Assembly: GCA_033762295.1 (NCBI GenBank)
Contig: JANRLW010000015.1
Coordinates: 1 to 21,121, forward strand
Direction of reading: 5' to 3'
Source of the DNA: Capsulimonadales bacterium
GTDB taxonomy: Bacteria > Armatimonadota > Armatimonadia > Armatimonadales > Armatimonadaceae
DNA: 21,121 nucleotides
In this document: in pieces, positions 19,942-21,121 of the stretch
Numbering within the stretch: position 1 is the first letter of the stretch
Layout of the letters: each line of letters starts with the position of its first letter
Notes under the pieces: model-generated
Told to the model about the DNA's origin: nothing
Databases searched by the model: none
What the model saw: the letters and a program-made list of their open reading frames with translations, nothing else
Translations under genes and position numbers: made by a program

Positions 19942-20142
19942 TCAACCGTAGACCGCTTCGGGCCGGAGGACGATGTTCCCGGTCGGCGTCCGGTCGACGA
20001 CGTAACCGTCCAGCCGCCGGACATCGATCTCCAGATGGCGGGCGATGCGCGCCTTGATATCGGCGTCGTTCATTCCGACCGTCAGTTTCAGCTGGCGCTC
20101 GTCCATCTCCGTCGAGCGTCCGTTAAAGCGAACGTGTACCAT
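19942..20142 (-). CDS. Small conserved-looking hypothetical protein, 66 aa, ends in Gly (possible ubiquitin-like fold)
   Basis: Strong RBS AAGGAAGGAG 7 nt before the ATG; globular-looking sequence MVHVRFNGRS...YVVDR...IVLRPEAVYG; fills the gap between the tRNAs and Y-like RNAs. Confidence 0.8.
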   Translation of the reverse strand: MVHVRFNGRSTEMDERQLKLTVGMNDADIKARIARHLEIDVRRLDGYVVDRTPTGNIVLRPEAVYG

Positions 20143-20162
20143 GGTTGTCTCCTTCCTTCTTA

Positions 20163-20233
20163 TGGCCCCACCGGGAATCGAACCCGGACCGAGCGGTTAA
20201 AAGCCGCTTGCTCGACCGTCAAGCTACAAGGCC
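20163..20233 (-). tRNA. tRNA-Lys(UUU), weak acceptor stem, no encoded CCA tail
   Basis: GGCCUUG-UA-GCUU GACGGUC GAGC-A-AGCGG CUUUUAA CCGCU-CGGU-CCGGG UUCGAUU CCCGG-UGGGGCC-A; three consecutive G-U pairs in the acceptor stem. Confidence 0.78.
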
Positions 20234-20254
20234 CTTTCCGGTCGCACCGACCAG

Positions 20255-20328
20255 CGCACACGGGAGGAATCGAACCTCCGACCTTCAGGTTCGCAACCTG
20301 ATGCTGCTATCCGCTGAGCTACGCGTGC
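20255..20328 (-). tRNA. tRNA-Arg(GCG), rare anticodon, no encoded CCA
   Basis: Acceptor GCACGCG/CGUGUGC; anticodon arm UCAGG UUGCGAA CCUGA; T arm GGAGG UUCGAUU CCUCC; extra C in the 3' strand of the D stem. Confidence 0.82.
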
Positions 20329-20344
20329 AAAAATCCCCTGACGA

Positions 20345-20418
20345 CGCACCCGGCACGACTCGAACGTGCAACCACCGGTTTCGAAGACCGGCACTCTTCC
20401 GGATTGAGTTACAGGTGC
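20345..20418 (-). tRNA. tRNA-Arg(UCG), no encoded CCA
   Basis: Acceptor GCACCUG/CGGGUGC; D stem ACUC/GAGU; anticodon arm CCGGU CUUCGAA ACCGG; T arm GCACG UUCGAGU CGUGC. Confidence 0.85.
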
Positions 20419-20452
20419 CTGCCGGCCCACAGAGGGCACAGGTCTCGACCGA

Positions 20453-20525
20453 TGCCCGGCAGAGGGTTCGAACCTCCGACGCCGACCTTTTCAGAGTCGC
20501 GCTCTACCGACTGAGCTAACCGGGC
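20453..20525 (-). tRNA. tRNA-Phe(GAA), no encoded CCA
   Basis: Acceptor GCCCGGU/GCCGGGC; D arm GCUC AGUCGGUA GAGC; anticodon arm CGACU CUGAAAA GGUCG; T arm GGAGG UUCGAAC CCUCU. Confidence 0.88.
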
Positions 20526-20588
20526 AAATGCAAATCCTCTCGTAACCGGCAACGACCGCAGCCTACCGCCGGACTCCCCGTCTCTCCG

Positions 20589-20626
20589 AAAAACGACGGC
20601 CCCGGCATCTGCGATGCCCGGGGCCG
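20589..20626 (-). terminator. Terminator-like hairpin upstream of the tRNA array (possible attenuator)
   Basis: 13-bp GC-rich stem with one bulge (20597-20609 / 20613-20626) followed by UCGUUUUU on the minus strand. Confidence 0.6.
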
Positions 20627-20652
20627 ATCACGTACCTTCCGAGTTCAGGTGG

Positions 20653-20793
20653 CTATGCCATCCTGTCCTCCGGGGTGATCGGCGTCCTTGCGACCGAACC
20701 GTAACAGCTCGCGCCACGGAAACGCCGGCGATGTGCGCCGTTCCGTTTCGCGCCAGTCGCGCCGTTCTGTCGTTGTGTCGGTCGAAACTTCAT
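20653..20793 (-). CDS. Putative 46-aa leader peptide MKFRPTQRQNGATGAKRNGAHRRRFRGASCYGSVARTPITPEDRMA
   Basis: Translated by hand (not in the ORF track). The stop falls 26 nt before the terminator hairpin, inside a competing stem. No clear SD. Confidence 0.3.
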   Translation of the reverse strand: MKFRPTQRQNGATGAKRNGAHRRRFRGASCYGSVARTPITPEDRMA

Positions 20794-20970
20794 AAAATTC
20801 GTTTTCCGTCGTTCTTAATGCGAGATCGCGGTTTCCTCCCCGATCCGTTACCCTTATCGTAAGGACCGTTCCGGTTGTTAAACGCCGACCGAAGAATTTT
20901 CATGTCCGCTTCGATGCGCCGGGCGATATAGTGACGTGACCCGACAACGACCTGCGGAGAAAGGTGAGCC

Positions 20971-21121
20971 ATGATCGACCCGAATGCCGAGGTGCGCGAA
21001 CGATTCGAACGCGCCGTCACCCACCTGACCGAGACCCTGCAACGCGACCGCACGATCCTCGCCGCCATCCTCGGAGGCAGCCTCTCCTACGACCAGGTGT
21101 GGGAGAAAAGCGATATCGACA
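20971..21121 (+). CDS. Nucleotidyltransferase-domain protein (Pol beta superfamily), N-terminal part; runs off the window
   Basis: MIDPNAEVRERFERAVTHLTETLQRDRTILAAILGGSLSYDQVWEKSDID carries the hGS...SDID signature. GAAAGGTG RBS. Confidence 0.8.
   Translation, partial: MIDPNAEVRERFERAVTHLTETLQRDRTILAAILGGSLSYDQVWEKSDID

Noticed and set aside
19182..20519. ORFs 19182-20057, 19441-19812, 19589-19951, 19939-20301, 20145-20519 and 20224-20439
   Set aside because: They overlap RNA genes or the 66-aa gene, lack RBS support and have no protein-like features.
20790..21068. 92-aa minus-strand ORF
   Set aside because: Overlaps the better-supported plus-strand nucleotidyltransferase start and has no recognisable features.

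Overview
GC-rich bacterial window, possibly Armatimonadota-like (an inference only). Bases 1-16,400 are mostly housekeeping: a probable IS200/IS605-type end hairpin, a small secreted protein, nadB, a minus-strand nuoEFGHIJKLMN block without nuoABCD, and an aldo/keto reductase. The notable part is about 16,470-21,121, a minus-strand RNA-rich locus. In transcription order it holds a possible leader peptide and terminator; four CCA-less tRNA genes (Phe-GAA, Arg-UCG, Arg-GCG, Lys-UUU); a 66-aa Gly-terminated ORF; three tandem Y-RNA-like structured RNAs; an opposite-strand PEP-CTERM gene; and a fourth Y-like RNA just upstream of a Ro60/TROVE-like vWA protein gene. The four RNAs share one scaffold (outer stem, CCYRA, inner stem, UACANAC ... 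inner stem', RACUU, outer stem') but carry different payloads: a circularly permuted tRNA, a normal-order tRNA mimic, a T-arm-only module, and a non-tRNA domain. A divergent nucleotidyltransferase gene starts at the right edge. I read this as a Ro/Y-RNA plus tRNA-array RNA repair or translation-stress system. All assignments come from reading the sequence by eye; no searches were run.
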